Below, one piece after another: positions 9,560 through 20,093 of a DNA stretch of 57,747 nt. Numbering within the stretch: the stretch's first letter is position 1; every line of letters begins with the position of its first letter. A program made the position numbers and the translations under genes. Origin of the DNA: Cyanobacteriota bacterium. GTDB lineage: Bacteria > Cyanobacteriota > Cyanobacteriia > Thermostichales > Thermostichaceae. Below the pieces are notes generated by a model. That model worked only from the letters and a program-made list of their open reading frames with translations. It did not search any database and was not told the origin of the DNA. The stretch covers positions 1-57,747 of the forward strand of contig JANRIL010000002.1 of NCBI GenBank assembly GCA_033764955.1, written 5' to 3'.

Positions 9560-9907
9560 ATGGCGGCAATTTTAGAAATTGATCAGGCGAACCAACAATT
9601 GATTTTTGAGGGGAAAACAGCTCTACCCCCTGCGGATTGGCAGGCATTGATCCTCAAGGCTCTGTTGACGATGTTGCCTGCCGAAAAGATGGAGATGATG
9701 GCTCCACCGACCACCCGTGGCTACACCATCAGCCACATCACGGTAGACGACTACCAAGCTTTGAGTGCCGCCATTCAGTTGATTAATCAACATTTGGGGC
9801 AGGAGGTGCTACGGACTAATTTTCGGCCACGGGCAGAGGGAGAACCGCTCCAGGCGAAGATTTTGTTGGGGGAAAAATCAGTGGTGAAGGGGGTGCGACT
9901 GCACTAG
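9560..9907 (+). CDS. Hypothetical protein
   Basis: ATG at 9560 after a purine-rich leader; fills the intergenic gap; stop overlaps the convergent gene. Confidence 0.6.
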   Translation: MAAILEIDQANQQLIFEGKTALPPADWQALILKALLTMLPAEKMEMMAPPTTRGYTISHITVDDYQALSAAIQLINQHLGQEVLRTNFRPRAEGEPLQAKILLGEKSVVKGVRLH

Positions 9908-10407
9908 CGAGTTCGGGCTAATGAATATAATTCATGATTATGGGGCATCAGAGATTGACGGGCAGCGGCAATGGTTTGGGGCAACACCCCGACCAGTCTA
10001 GCTAACACGTCGTTGGGCAGGCGAGCGACATCTTCGGCGGAAAAAAATTCTTCTAGGCTAAAGAGCAATACCCTCGCTCTCTGGGAAGGAACGGGGTTAT
10101 CGGTGGTTTGTTGCAGCCAGCGAGTCCAATGCATCCGTTTGCTATAGGCATTGAGGCGCTCTTGATGGGTTTGGGGATGGAGGAGGGAAACATCGCCAAT
10201 CGGGACAATACTAGCGGATTCAATATCGAGGGGGCCTCCGACGGCGGCTCCGGGGCCAGCAAATTCGGCGTGAAAGGTTTTGCAGATGATCAGGGCATTA
10301 TGTTTGTGAGGATCCACCATCAAAAGCTGACCACTACTGAGGGTGCGGAGCAGTTGTTGCGGCTCAACTCGTTGGGAAAGGCTATGTTCGGAGGCGAATT
10401 GAGTCAT
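9904..10407 (-). CDS. Conserved cyanobacterial hypothetical protein, possible degenerate CRP-type HTH
   Basis: HAEFAGPGAAVGG motif; C-terminal LARLVGVLPQTI. Confidence 0.7.
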   Translation of the reverse strand: MTQFASEHSLSQRVEPQQLLRTLSSGQLLMVDPHKHNALIICKTFHAEFAGPGAAVGGPLDIESASIVPIGDVSLLHPQTHQERLNAYSKRMHWTRWLQQTTDNPVPSQRARVLLFSLEEFFSAEDVARLPNDVLARLVGVLPQTIAAARQSLMPHNHELYSLARTR

Positions 10408-10475
10408 AGAAGTGGTGCGACTCCACCTGTTAGCTTAACTAAAACTGGTAACTCTCGCCCAATCCTTTTGAGGGG

Positions 10476-10835
10476 ATGGGAACACTCACGCGCACAACGG
10501 TAAGGATCCCGGTGGCTATCTATCGAATTGAGGTAGTTTCTTTGCTCTTGCTGCTCTGCCTGGTTCCGATCATTCTATTCTGGAACCTCTGTAGGGAACC
10601 AATCCATAACCTTTGGCGCTATCGAGCCTTGCGTGCCGCATCCAGAAAATATTTGCAAGAATGCCTGATGGAGATGCCTCTGGAGCAAGTAGATATGGCA
10701 GCCTATCTCCTAAAAGAAAACCCTTTTGCCAGCTTGCAGGATTATGAAGTTAACCAAATCTGGAAAAGAGAAGTCGAAAGGGTACTGATCCTTCACTTGC
10801 AGGGTAAACGCTGGCGTGTATTGCGAAATTTTTGA
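10476..10835 (+). CDS. Hypothetical membrane protein
   Basis: 119-aa ORF with one hydrophobic segment. Confidence 0.55.
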   Translation: MGTLTRTTVRIPVAIYRIEVVSLLLLLCLVPIILFWNLCREPIHNLWRYRALRAASRKYLQECLMEMPLEQVDMAAYLLKENPFASLQDYEVNQIWKREVERVLILHLQGKRWRVLRNF

Positions 10836-10951
10836 AAAGGGGTGGCTTGTCCAGGCTAGGGAGTTGTGGGATCCCTCTGCGAAAGGGTGTTCTCGGCAAG
10901 CGGGGATCCACTAGGATTGAAATCAGCCAAAACCCTTTTCCGAAAATCGCC

Positions 10952-12763
10952 ATGACACTTGCCCCTGCTGCTGTTGTGACCCCTTCCGAGTCTGCCCTCA
11001 AACTGACGGCTCTGCGTCGCTGGCTGGACGATCAAGGGCTGGATGGCTTGCTAGTGCCCTCCTCCGATGAACATCTCAATGAATATCTTCCGCTAGCCCA
11101 TCAACGGCGGCAATGGCTGAGTGGATTTACGGGATCGGCTGGGGATGCCTTGATCAGCGGTGAGCAGGCTTGGGTGACGGTGGATGCTCGGTATTATGAG
11201 CAGGCGGAGCAGGAGGTGGATGGGAGTGTTTGGACGGTGGTTAAGCTGGGCTTACCCCAACAACCCAGCCTCAATGAACTGGTGTCGCAGTTGGGAGAAG
11301 GATTTCGTCTGGGGGTGGATGCCTGGACTATCTCGGTGGCCGCCTATCGAGAACTGGAACACTATGCTGAGCTGGGGGGAGTGCAGATCATCCCGACTGG
11401 CCAAAACAGCATTGATCAACTCCGGCAGGAACAAGGCGAAGGGATCCCGGTGGTGGGGGATCAACCGGTTTATGCCCTACCTCCTACGATCACTGGGGCT
11501 ACGGTTGCTGAGAAGCTGGCGCGGGTGCGGCAACAGATGCAAAAGCAGCGGATCGCCGTCTTGGCTGTCACCAAATTGGATCAATTGGCCTGGTTGCTCA
11601 ATTTGCGGGGATCCGATATTCCTTACAACCCAGTATTTATGGGGTATGGGCTGGTCAGCCAAGAACGGTTTGCCCTGTTCACCCATAGGGAACGGTTAGC
11701 TCCTGAGGTAGACAGTGTTTTGGCGGCGGTGCAGGGGGAGTTGCATCCTTATGGAGACTATGGGCTTCAGCTAGCGGAATGGGGGCATCTGGGCAAAGTG
11801 GGGATTGATCCGAAGCACACCACGCAGGGCAGTCTCACCCAACTGACTCAGGGGGGGTGGCGGGATATTGATCACCCCATCGAAAGCCTAAAAGCGGTCA
11901 AAAATGCTGTAGAGCTGGAGCAGATGCGGCGAGCAAACCTACAGGCTAGTCGAGCCAAGATCCGCACCCTTGCCTGGATTGATCAGCAGATGCAGGCCGG
12001 GATCCCCATCAGTGAGGTGAGTGTGGCAGAGCAAATAGAGCGGTTTTATCAGGGGGAGGGGGGCTGGCGTGGGCTGAGTTTTAACACGATTGCGGCCACG
12101 GGATCCCATAGCTCGATTGTGCATTATGGTACGCCGGATGCCAGCGCTATCCTGCAATGGGGTCAACTGTTTTTACTGGATTCGGGATCCCAATATGAGG
12201 GGGGAACCACCGACGACACCCGCACCATCATTTTGGGGGAGGCCAATTCTCAGCAACAGCTACGCTATACCCGTGTTTTGCAAGCCCACATTCAATGTGC
12301 CAGCCAACAATTTCCGGTGGGAACGGCGGGGGTGCAGTTAGACGGTATTACCCGCGCCAACCTCTGGCAAGCTGGGATGGACTATGGACATGGCACTGGG
12401 CATGGGGTAGGAGCGCTTTTGAATGTGCATGAAGGGCCGCAGGGGATCCACAAGCGGGCGACGGTTCCCCTCGAACCGGGGATGATCGTCAGTGTTGAGC
12501 CAGGGTTTTATGAGCCGGGCTGGGGAGGGATCCGTATTGAAAATTTGTGTGAAGTGCAAGCAGTACCTGAGCAAGCGGGTTGGTTGCGCTTTGTTCCCTT
12601 AACGTGGATCCCATTTGATAAACGGCTGGTGGCGGAAAATCTATTGACGGGAAACCAAAAGACTTGGCTGAAAGCCTACCATCAAGCTGTCTATGAAAAC
12701 CATGCTGCTCACCTCGATACCGCCAGCTTGGTTTGGTTACAAGAAGCGTGTCAGGACTGGTGA
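10952..12763 (+). CDS. pepP: Xaa-Pro aminopeptidase (M24B)
   Basis: DEHLNEY, LDSGSQYEGGTTDDTRT, HGTGHGVG..LNVHEGP, EPGFY..GIRIEN. Confidence 0.92.
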   Translation: MTLAPAAVVTPSESALKLTALRRWLDDQGLDGLLVPSSDEHLNEYLPLAHQRRQWLSGFTGSAGDALISGEQAWVTVDARYYEQAEQEVDGSVWTVVKLGLPQQPSLNELVSQLGEGFRLGVDAWTISVAAYRELEHYAELGGVQIIPTGQNSIDQLRQEQGEGIPVVGDQPVYALPPTITGATVAEKLARVRQQMQKQRIAVLAVTKLDQLAWLLNLRGSDIPYNPVFMGYGLVSQERFALFTHRERLAPEVDSVLAAVQGELHPYGDYGLQLAEWGHLGKVGIDPKHTTQGSLTQLTQGGWRDIDHPIESLKAVKNAVELEQMRRANLQASRAKIRTLAWIDQQMQAGIPISEVSVAEQIERFYQGEGGWRGLSFNTIAATGSHSSIVHYGTPDASAILQWGQLFLLDSGSQYEGGTTDDTRTIILGEANSQQQLRYTRVLQAHIQCASQQFPVGTAGVQLDGITRANLWQAGMDYGHGTGHGVGALLNVHEGPQGIHKRATVPLEPGMIVSVEPGFYEPGWGGIRIENLCEVQAVPEQAGWLRFVPLTWIPFDKRLVAENLLTGNQKTWLKAYHQAVYENHAAHLDTASLVWLQEACQDW

Positions 12764-12814
12764 AGTTATCCCTGAGCAGGGTATAGGAATTGGCTTGTGG
12801 ATATTTGCTTAGGA

Positions 12815-15238
12815 TCAAGTGGATATTTGTTTGGTTGAATAAATAAGGGGAAGGCAGAGGGAGAATGTTGTGGATCCTTCTCTACTTTCTACAGCAATGG
12901 ATCCCTTCATGTAGGCAACGCTTTGTTTGACTAGAGCCAAACCCAAACCCGTGCCCCCCTGCTTCCAGGGATCCGAGTTGGGTATTCGATAAAATCGCTC
13001 AAAGATGCGATCCCACTGATCCACAGGTAGTTCTACCCCTGTGTTGGTGACTCGAACTAGCAGGGTATGGGACTCTTTTTCTTTTCTGGCAGAAACCAAT
13101 ATCTGTTGACCACTGGGGGTATATTTGCAAGCATTGGTCAACAACTCACAGATGACTCGTTCTAACATGATGCGATCCGTTTGGATGATGATCGGATGTG
13201 ACTCCTGTTCAACGATAAGCTGCTGATTTTGCTGATTAGTTTTATCTATAAAGGGGAGGATAATGCGAGAGAGCCACTGGTGAAAATTGATAGATTCCGG
13301 ATAAATTCGTTGGTTCCTAGCATCAAAATTTTGTAAATTTAACAGATCACTAACCAGGGTGATTTCTCGATCACATTCTTGATCCAATAAATTAAGATAC
13401 TGTTGTTGCTTAGGATGAACGGGAAAATGACGGAGAGAAGACTGTAGCATCCGAATGGCCATCCGCATGTTGGATAGGGGAGTTCTCAGTTCATGGGAGA
13501 TAGTTGCTACAAAATCATCCTTGAGGGTATTAATTTTTTCCAGTTCCTTTACTTGTACTTGAGCGGCTTGATAAAGTCTGGCTTGCCTTAAGGCAATAGC
13601 ACATTGACTAGCAATTTGTTCAACCAAATTAATTTCCCAGTCGGTGAAGGATAGCGAAGCTGGCTTGAGTAACATTAAATCTCCCAGGGCTTGTTGATTA
13701 TCCAACATCGGACAAAGTAGATAGACATAGTTGGGATCCCATTTCCCTGAGGATCTAGAGCCAGACAGCAGGCAGAATTGAAAAGACCATCCTTTCTGTA
13801 ATTGCTGAATCAGATAGAGATCTTTCTGGCTATTGATCGAGGGGATGCTAAGTTTTTTATATTCATACTTAACGATAACAACCGTTTGGGTTGAGTTGTA
13901 AATACCAATATTCGCATAGGTTAATCCGAGGGTAGCGCCTAGCTCATTGATGGCAGTCTGTAAAATTTTATCCTCATCCAATGTGTCTCTGACATTTTCT
14001 ATGATACGTCGTAAGACAGACTCAAACTGCCAAGCAATATGTAATTGTTGCGTGCGAATCTCAACCTGTAAATCGAGGTTGGCATTCATCACTTCGAGTT
14101 CTTTTTGCATCATCTTTTGATCGGTTATATCAAAAACAATGCCATTCCAGAGGGTATGTCCGTTATCGAAGTTACGAGGATGACAGCGTATTTCAATCCA
14201 TTTCAGTTTACCACTGGGGGTTTGTAGACGACATTGATGAATAAAGGCTTGCCGAAGCTTGAGGGCAGATTGATAAACCGCTTGAAATTGCGGCTGATCG
14301 CCGGGCAAAATTTGGGCAAAAAGCCGCTCCGGCTGCTGCATCAAATCTTGAGACTGCTCTTCACAAACACTCTCACAACCAGCACTGATATGGGTAAAGT
14401 GAAGTTGATGTGCGGGGGATTGTTCAAATTGATAGATCAGGGCATGGGGCAGATTATCCCCTAAAGCTCGGAGCATGGCCTCCCGTTCATGAACAGCAAG
14501 CTCAGCCTGTTTGCGAGCCGTAACATCTCGTACTAAAACCAATATTTCCTGCTCTCCCAAAGGCACCACCCGCGATTCACGGTAATAGGTTTTGCCATCC
14601 ATGACAATTTCATAATCCAACACCTCGGGTTGCTTGCTGATAAATACCCGTTGCAGGGCGTCATAGGCTTTTTCTGCCAGTTCAGGCGGAAGCATATCGC
14701 GGACAGTACGACCCCGCCAGGTTTCGGGATGGGGAGGAAAGTAAGGGCTGTAGTTTAGGTTGGGAACTCGCATGTCCAGATATTCTCCCTCTGGACTCAA
14801 GCGGATTAGGGAATCGGGAATAGCGTTGAGGAGAGCCTGTTGAATATTTCTTTGATCAATTTGGTTCAACTGATCTTGCTTATGGGTGGTTATGTCCTCT
14901 ACGAAACCTTGGATGTAAGGGGGGGATCCCTTTGGATCAATGAGCAACTTCAGACGTTCCCGAATCCAGATGATTTGTCCACCCTGCCTGATGGCTTGCG
15001 ATTCTACCGACTCTAGGGATCCCTGTTGGGTAAGCTGTTGCCGCAATTGCTCGTTACGGTGGGGATCCCGGTAGTAGCCGGAGGCATGGGATATGTGAGC
15101 CTTCATCTGGGTGGGGGAAGCATAACCAAAGAGTTTGGCGAGGGCAGGGTTGATCTGCTGAAAAGTCCCATCCCACTCTGCACAAAAGATCCCTGTGGGG
15201 GCGTTGAGAAAGAGAGATTTGAAGTCCTGTCGTGACAT
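12815..15238 (-). CDS. Multi-PAS/GAF sensor histidine kinase
   Basis: PAS/PAC repeats (GFVEDIT, VRDVTARK, FDITDQK), GAF, SHELRTPL, NACKYT, GGTGLGL. Confidence 0.92.
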   Translation of the reverse strand: MSRQDFKSLFLNAPTGIFCAEWDGTFQQINPALAKLFGYASPTQMKAHISHASGYYRDPHRNEQLRQQLTQQGSLESVESQAIRQGGQIIWIRERLKLLIDPKGSPPYIQGFVEDITTHKQDQLNQIDQRNIQQALLNAIPDSLIRLSPEGEYLDMRVPNLNYSPYFPPHPETWRGRTVRDMLPPELAEKAYDALQRVFISKQPEVLDYEIVMDGKTYYRESRVVPLGEQEILVLVRDVTARKQAELAVHEREAMLRALGDNLPHALIYQFEQSPAHQLHFTHISAGCESVCEEQSQDLMQQPERLFAQILPGDQPQFQAVYQSALKLRQAFIHQCRLQTPSGKLKWIEIRCHPRNFDNGHTLWNGIVFDITDQKMMQKELEVMNANLDLQVEIRTQQLHIAWQFESVLRRIIENVRDTLDEDKILQTAINELGATLGLTYANIGIYNSTQTVVIVKYEYKKLSIPSINSQKDLYLIQQLQKGWSFQFCLLSGSRSSGKWDPNYVYLLCPMLDNQQALGDLMLLKPASLSFTDWEINLVEQIASQCAIALRQARLYQAAQVQVKELEKINTLKDDFVATISHELRTPLSNMRMAIRMLQSSLRHFPVHPKQQQYLNLLDQECDREITLVSDLLNLQNFDARNQRIYPESINFHQWLSRIILPFIDKTNQQNQQLIVEQESHPIIIQTDRIMLERVICELLTNACKYTPSGQQILVSARKEKESHTLLVRVTNTGVELPVDQWDRIFERFYRIPNSDPWKQGGTGLGLALVKQSVAYMKGSIAVESREGSTTFSLCLPLIYSTKQIST

Positions 15239-15435
15239 GTTTTATCCAGAACTATCTCTAATCAGCATGCCTTGTCTGGGCAGGCTCGTCAGCTTCCGAC
15301 CTGAGATTACCGTTTCCATCGGTAGCTAGCTGCATCTGCTGACACAGAGTTCTTACTTCTACCTTATGCGGTGGAAACCAGAATTACCTTATTATTCCTT
15401 ACTCACCTGACCTCTGGCCTCATATCAGAATATCT

Positions 15436-15468
15436 ATACTCCAGATAATTGATACTTATCTGGAGTAT
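15436..15468. repeat. Perfect 13-7-13 inverted repeat in a divergent intergenic region
   Basis: ATACTCCAGATAA-TTGATAC-TTATCTGGAGTAT. Confidence 0.8.
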
Positions 15469-15946
15469 TTCAGGTTTTAGAGGCTTCTCTAAGCCTTTCA
15501 GGAGGGTCAAAAGGCTCCCTTCCTAAACAAAGCTGGAGAATCGCGGGATCCTCATGGGAGATTCACACCGTGAAGATGCTTCTCCAACTTTGCCTTTGTA
15601 ACGGAGGAGGATCAGGGACTTGTAGCGGAAGGAGTAAGGAGTTAGGTAACCCTCTTGGGATCCCTGCCTGTATGGGGAAAGGAGAGGCTGTAGCAGGGCA
15701 TTAAGATTACAAAAAGTAAAGGAATCCTAAGCAAAATCGCTGATTTTTAGAATTTATCCACGGTTTCTCTAGATTTCCACTTTTGCTGTAGTAACAATTT
15801 AGACATTAGAATCGTTTGCGCCCCTGGCCTAATTCCACGAGAAATCCGGTTAGCTTCATCAGCTCACAGGCTTTTTAGTTTGGTTTTGTCTCCCTATGGA
15901 TCCCAGAAACTAGGGATCCCCCTTCCCATCCTCGTGCCCTATTTCG

Positions 15947-17164
15947 GTGAGATTACTCATGGTGGCTCAGCTCGATCCATATCCCGATACCGTTCACAAA
16001 CAGTCGAATGAGGATTTATCCGGTAGCCTGCTCACGCAAAAACTGCTGGAGCTAAAGCAGGAGCAGGTATCCGGTACCCTGACACTGCGATCCAAACGAG
16101 AAAGATGGACCCTCTACCTTTACTTGGGTCGTCTCCTCTATGCTGAAGGAGGAGAAAACTCCCTACGCCGCTGGTACAGCCACGTTACACGGGTATTCCC
16201 AGGTTTGGATCAGGAACTGGAGCACATTTCCCTCCCCCGACTCCAAGCAGATTTTCCAGGTGGTCACGCCTGTCGTCAGTATCAAGTTATCTGTCTATTG
16301 GCGAAACGCGGCTTATTGGGACGAGAACAAACCCAGACACTCATTCGCACCCTCTGTAGCGAGGTGTTGGTGGATATCACCGCAGCTAGTCAGGTTCGCT
16401 TGCATTTAGAGCAGGATGAATCAATATCTCCCCGTCTTAGCATTTTGAATCTTTCTGATTTGCTAGATACTGCCCAGATCCAGATCACCAACTGGCAAGC
16501 CACAACTCTCGATACTGCCTATTTCAACCAAATTCCTCGTTTAGAGCAACCGGATTTGTTGCAGACCCAAGTTTCTGCTCCCATTTTTGCCCAGTGGCAA
16601 AAGATTTTTGAGCATCAACGAACCCTGCGGGAAATAGCGCTTAGCCTGGGTCGGGATCCCCTCGATATGGGTCGATTACTGCTGCCCCTACTGCACCAGG
16701 GTATTGTCACTATGCAGCCTGCCCCCAACCCGCTACTACCTCTCTTTGCCGAACCCCCTACTCTGATCGACGATCTGACCAGCCGCCCTCTGATTGTTTG
16801 TATTGACGATAGTGAGATTATCTGCGAGGGCATGAAGAAAATAGTCAGCAATGCTGGCTATCGCTTTTTAGGCATCCTCGATCCGCTGCGGGCGATTGCT
16901 CAGGTGTTGAGTCAGCCCCCCGATATCATTTTTCTTGATCTGGTTATGCCCCTGACCAATGGCTACGAAATTTGTGCCCAACTTCGGAAAATTGCTCGGT
17001 TTCGGGACACCCCGATCATCATTTTGACGGGGAATGATGGCATCATCGATAGAGTCCGCGCCAAACTGGTCGGCTCCACCCACTTTATGAGCAAGCCTGT
17101 ACAAAAAACAGAACTGCTAGAGGTGATCGAAACCTATCTAACGGTTGGGGAGACCTCCTCTTGA
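15947..17164 (+). CDS. PatA-family response regulator (PATAN + REC)
   Basis: LYLYLGRLLYAEGG N-domain; CIDDS, FLDLVMP, ILTGNDG, SKPV. Confidence 0.9.
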   Translation: MRLLMVAQLDPYPDTVHKQSNEDLSGSLLTQKLLELKQEQVSGTLTLRSKRERWTLYLYLGRLLYAEGGENSLRRWYSHVTRVFPGLDQELEHISLPRLQADFPGGHACRQYQVICLLAKRGLLGREQTQTLIRTLCSEVLVDITAASQVRLHLEQDESISPRLSILNLSDLLDTAQIQITNWQATTLDTAYFNQIPRLEQPDLLQTQVSAPIFAQWQKIFEHQRTLREIALSLGRDPLDMGRLLLPLLHQGIVTMQPAPNPLLPLFAEPPTLIDDLTSRPLIVCIDDSEIICEGMKKIVSNAGYRFLGILDPLRAIAQVLSQPPDIIFLDLVMPLTNGYEICAQLRKIARFRDTPIIILTGNDGIIDRVRAKLVGSTHFMSKPVQKTELLEVIETYLTVGETSS

Positions 17165-17287
17165 TGTGTGCAATCCTTGGGTTTCTTCTCGATCCGTAGA
17201 TCCGGCTTCCTCAGAAGCAAGAACGATTGTAGAGCAAATCCTTAACTAATCTCCCCGTTATCCCCTTTCTTGTTGGTATAGATCCTT

Positions 17288-17671
17288 ATGAATACTGTGC
17301 TTGTCGTTGAAGACTCACCCGTTGAATCAGCCATTATTAGTGAATGTTTGCAGCGAGCTAATCTTTTGGTGATCAAAGCCAAAAGTGCGGAAGAAGCCTT
17401 GCAATTGATCCGACAGAAACAACCAGATTTGATCGTTTTGGATGTTGTCCTACCTGGTCAGAGTGGATTTGAGCTTTGTCGTGAACTGAAGTCAGAAAAA
17501 GTGACTGAGCAGATCCCGATCGTAATTTGTTCAACCAAGGGGAGCGACACTGATAAGTTTTGGGGATTGGCTCAGGGAGCCAACGCCTATCTTGCCAAAC
17601 CGATTAACCAATCGGAACTGACCCAAACCGTCTTAAATTGGCTTGCTCAAAAAACTACTGCCAAATTGTAA
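17288..17671 (+). CDS. CheY/PilH-like single-domain response regulator
   Basis: VVEDS, LDVVLP, CSTKG, AKP. Confidence 0.92.
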   Translation: MNTVLVVEDSPVESAIISECLQRANLLVIKAKSAEEALQLIRQKQPDLIVLDVVLPGQSGFELCRELKSEKVTEQIPIVICSTKGSDTDKFWGLAQGANAYLAKPINQSELTQTVLNWLAQKTTAKL

Positions 17672-17673
17672 CT

Positions 17674-18204
17674 ATGTCTTCCTCGTCTTCCTCACCATCA
17701 TTACTCTTTCCCGTGCAGCCTATTGCTCCAGTTATTGCTGAGGAAGAGAAGCTCTTGAGATTTCGGCTACGGGATGGCTTGACACTAGCTGTACCCATGA
17801 CCGAAATCCGGCAGGTTTGTCAAATTCCTAGGGAGACTATTTTACCGATTCCCCACATGGCAGATGCGCTGTTAGGTATTTGCCGTTACCAACAAAAACT
17901 CCTCTCGCTCGTGGATTTATCTGTGCTATTGCATCCCCAACTTCCCCCACCACCTATCCAGAAAGATTCCGATTGCACCGTCATTATCCTAGAAATATCT
18001 AGACCATCAGGAACCCAATCCCTCGGCCTATTCATCGAATCCTTACAGGACATCCTGGAGGTTAGGTCGGATCAGATATCGCCCATCCAGGGGGATCCCC
18101 TGCCTCTACCCCTGCAACCCCACATTAAACGACGTTGTGAGGGGGAAGGATCCCCCCTATGGATACTGGATAGTGTGGCGGTTTTGACATCTTTGCAAAT
18201 CTAA
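17674..18204 (+). CDS. CheW-like adaptor
   Basis: LRFRL, ILPIPHMADALLGI, LVDL; position in the cluster. Confidence 0.85.
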   Translation: MSSSSSSPSLLFPVQPIAPVIAEEEKLLRFRLRDGLTLAVPMTEIRQVCQIPRETILPIPHMADALLGICRYQQKLLSLVDLSVLLHPQLPPPPIQKDSDCTVIILEISRPSGTQSLGLFIESLQDILEVRSDQISPIQGDPLPLPLQPHIKRRCEGEGSPLWILDSVAVLTSLQI

Positions 18205-18275
18205 CTTGGCAAATCTAGCAAGCTTCCCAGTCAACCCTGTTACCCCCCCCTCACCTCAACGATAAGGAAACCTCA

Positions 18276-20090
18276 ATGATGGGCGACTTCTTCACCACCG
18301 GATCGGGATCCCTTTATGCCCTGAATAGTGCTTACGATAGCTGGCTCGTGTCACTGTCGGTTGCCGTGGCGATGCTGGCTTCCTACACAGCCCTCGATTT
18401 ATCAGGCCGAGTAGCTTTCTCTACCGGGCGACTAAAAAACCTTTGGCTGTTGGGTGGAGCAGTGGCCATGGGCATCGGTATTTGGTCGATGCACTTTGTC
18501 GGTATGTTGGCCTTTAGCTTACCCGTAGAGATTAACTACGACTATTGGATCGTGGCTTTCTCCATGGTGGTGGCGATGCTGGCCTCTGGTATTGCCATGT
18601 TCCTGGTCAGCCGTTCCCGTCTTACCCTCTTCCAGTTGGTGGGGGGAGCCATTCTGATGGGAATGGGGATTGCCGTGATGCACTACACGGGGATGGCGGC
18701 GATGCAAATGGAGGCGATGATTCAGTACGATCCGCTCCTCTTTTTCCTTTCTATCCTCATTGCAACCGCAGCTTCCTTAGCCGCCCTTTGGATTGCCTTC
18801 CAATTAAAAGGGCAGTTTTCTCAACAGGGCTTTCTTTTGAAAATCGGTAGTTCGGTGATCATGGGTATTGCCATTGCGGGGATGCACTACACAGGCATGG
18901 CTGCCGCTCAGTTTTTGGTGGATAGTGCCTCCCTAGCCAGTTTGGATCCCACAGGGGATGGTTTTTTGGCAGGCATGGCGGTGGCGATAGGTGTGGCCAC
19001 AGTGGTCATTTTGGGATTTGTGCTGATGACTTCCTTTGTGGATCGACGGTTGGCCACCCAAGTTGAGATGACCAACGAAGAGAACCGTCGAGCCAAAGAG
19101 TTTTTGGAACGGCGGGTTCTGGAACTGCTGATGCAGGTGCAACCTGTCAGTAAAGGAGACTTAACCGTCAGAGCAGTCGTGACTGAAGATCAGGTGGGAA
19201 CCATTGCAGACTCTTACAACGCCACAATCTTTAACCTCCGCAAACTGGTAACGCAAGTTTTAGAAGCAGCTCAAAAAGTAGGCCAAACCACTGAGTTGAG
19301 TGACGCTTCTGTGAAACGGCTGGCTCAAGGAGCAGTCGCGGAGTCCAAAATGATCCAAGGGGCACTCGATCAACTCAAGGGAATAGAAGTCTCCATTCAG
19401 GATGTAGCCCTCAACGCCCAAAATGCAGCTCGCATTGTTGCCCAAACTGAGATCGCCATCAGCTCTGGCGAAGCCTCCATGAACCATACTGTCGAGGGGT
19501 TTACCACCATTCGGGAATCGGTTTCTGAGACAGCCAAGAAAGTGAAACGGCTGGGAGAATCTTCCCAAAAAATTGCGAGGATCGTACAACTGATTACGGG
19601 ATTTGCCAACCAAACCAATCTCCTTGCTTTCAATGCTTCCATTGAGGCGGCACGAGCCGGAGAAGCAGGACGGGGCTTTGCGGTGGTGGCTGATGAAGTT
19701 CGCTCCTTGGCTAAGCAGTCCGCCGAAGCCACCCGCGAAATCGAGACCTTAGTGTCAGAAATTCAGTCCGGCACACACGAGGCGATCATAGCCATGGAAA
19801 CCGGAACCGAGCAGGTGGTGGAGGGAACCCGCTTAGTGGAGGCTACCCGCCTCAGTTTAGAAAAAATTGCCAATGCCAGTAGCGAAGTGAACGAACTGGT
19901 GAAAAAAATTGCTGCTGTGGCTGATCGACAAGCCCAAGAATCTTCCCTCATGACCAAAACAATGGCCGACATCACGGTGGTCTCGAATCGTACCTCGGCA
20001 GAGGCCAGTAAAGTCTTGCAAGCCATCAAAGATCTTCAGACTGTTGCCCAAACCTTACTCCAAAGCGTTGAACGCTTTAAGGTTGAGTAG
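18276..20090 (+). CDS. Methyl-accepting chemotaxis protein with N-terminal MHYT domain
   Basis: [67 protein letters not shown]. Confidence 0.93.
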   Translation: MMGDFFTTGSGSLYALNSAYDSWLVSLSVAVAMLASYTALDLSGRVAFSTGRLKNLWLLGGAVAMGIGIWSMHFVGMLAFSLPVEINYDYWIVAFSMVVAMLASGIAMFLVSRSRLTLFQLVGGAILMGMGIAVMHYTGMAAMQMEAMIQYDPLLFFLSILIATAASLAALWIAFQLKGQFSQQGFLLKIGSSVIMGIAIAGMHYTGMAAAQFLVDSASLASLDPTGDGFLAGMAVAIGVATVVILGFVLMTSFVDRRLATQVEMTNEENRRAKEFLERRVLELLMQVQPVSKGDLTVRAVVTEDQVGTIADSYNATIFNLRKLVTQVLEAAQKVGQTTELSDASVKRLAQGAVAESKMIQGALDQLKGIEVSIQDVALNAQNAARIVAQTEIAISSGEASMNHTVEGFTTIRESVSETAKKVKRLGESSQKIARIVQLITGFANQTNLLAFNASIEAARAGEAGRGFAVVADEVRSLAKQSAEATREIETLVSEIQSGTHEAIIAMETGTEQVVEGTRLVEATRLSLEKIANASSEVNELVKKIAAVADRQAQESSLMTKTMADITVVSNRTSAEASKVLQAIKDLQTVAQTLLQSVERFKVE

Positions 20091-20093
20091 GGT

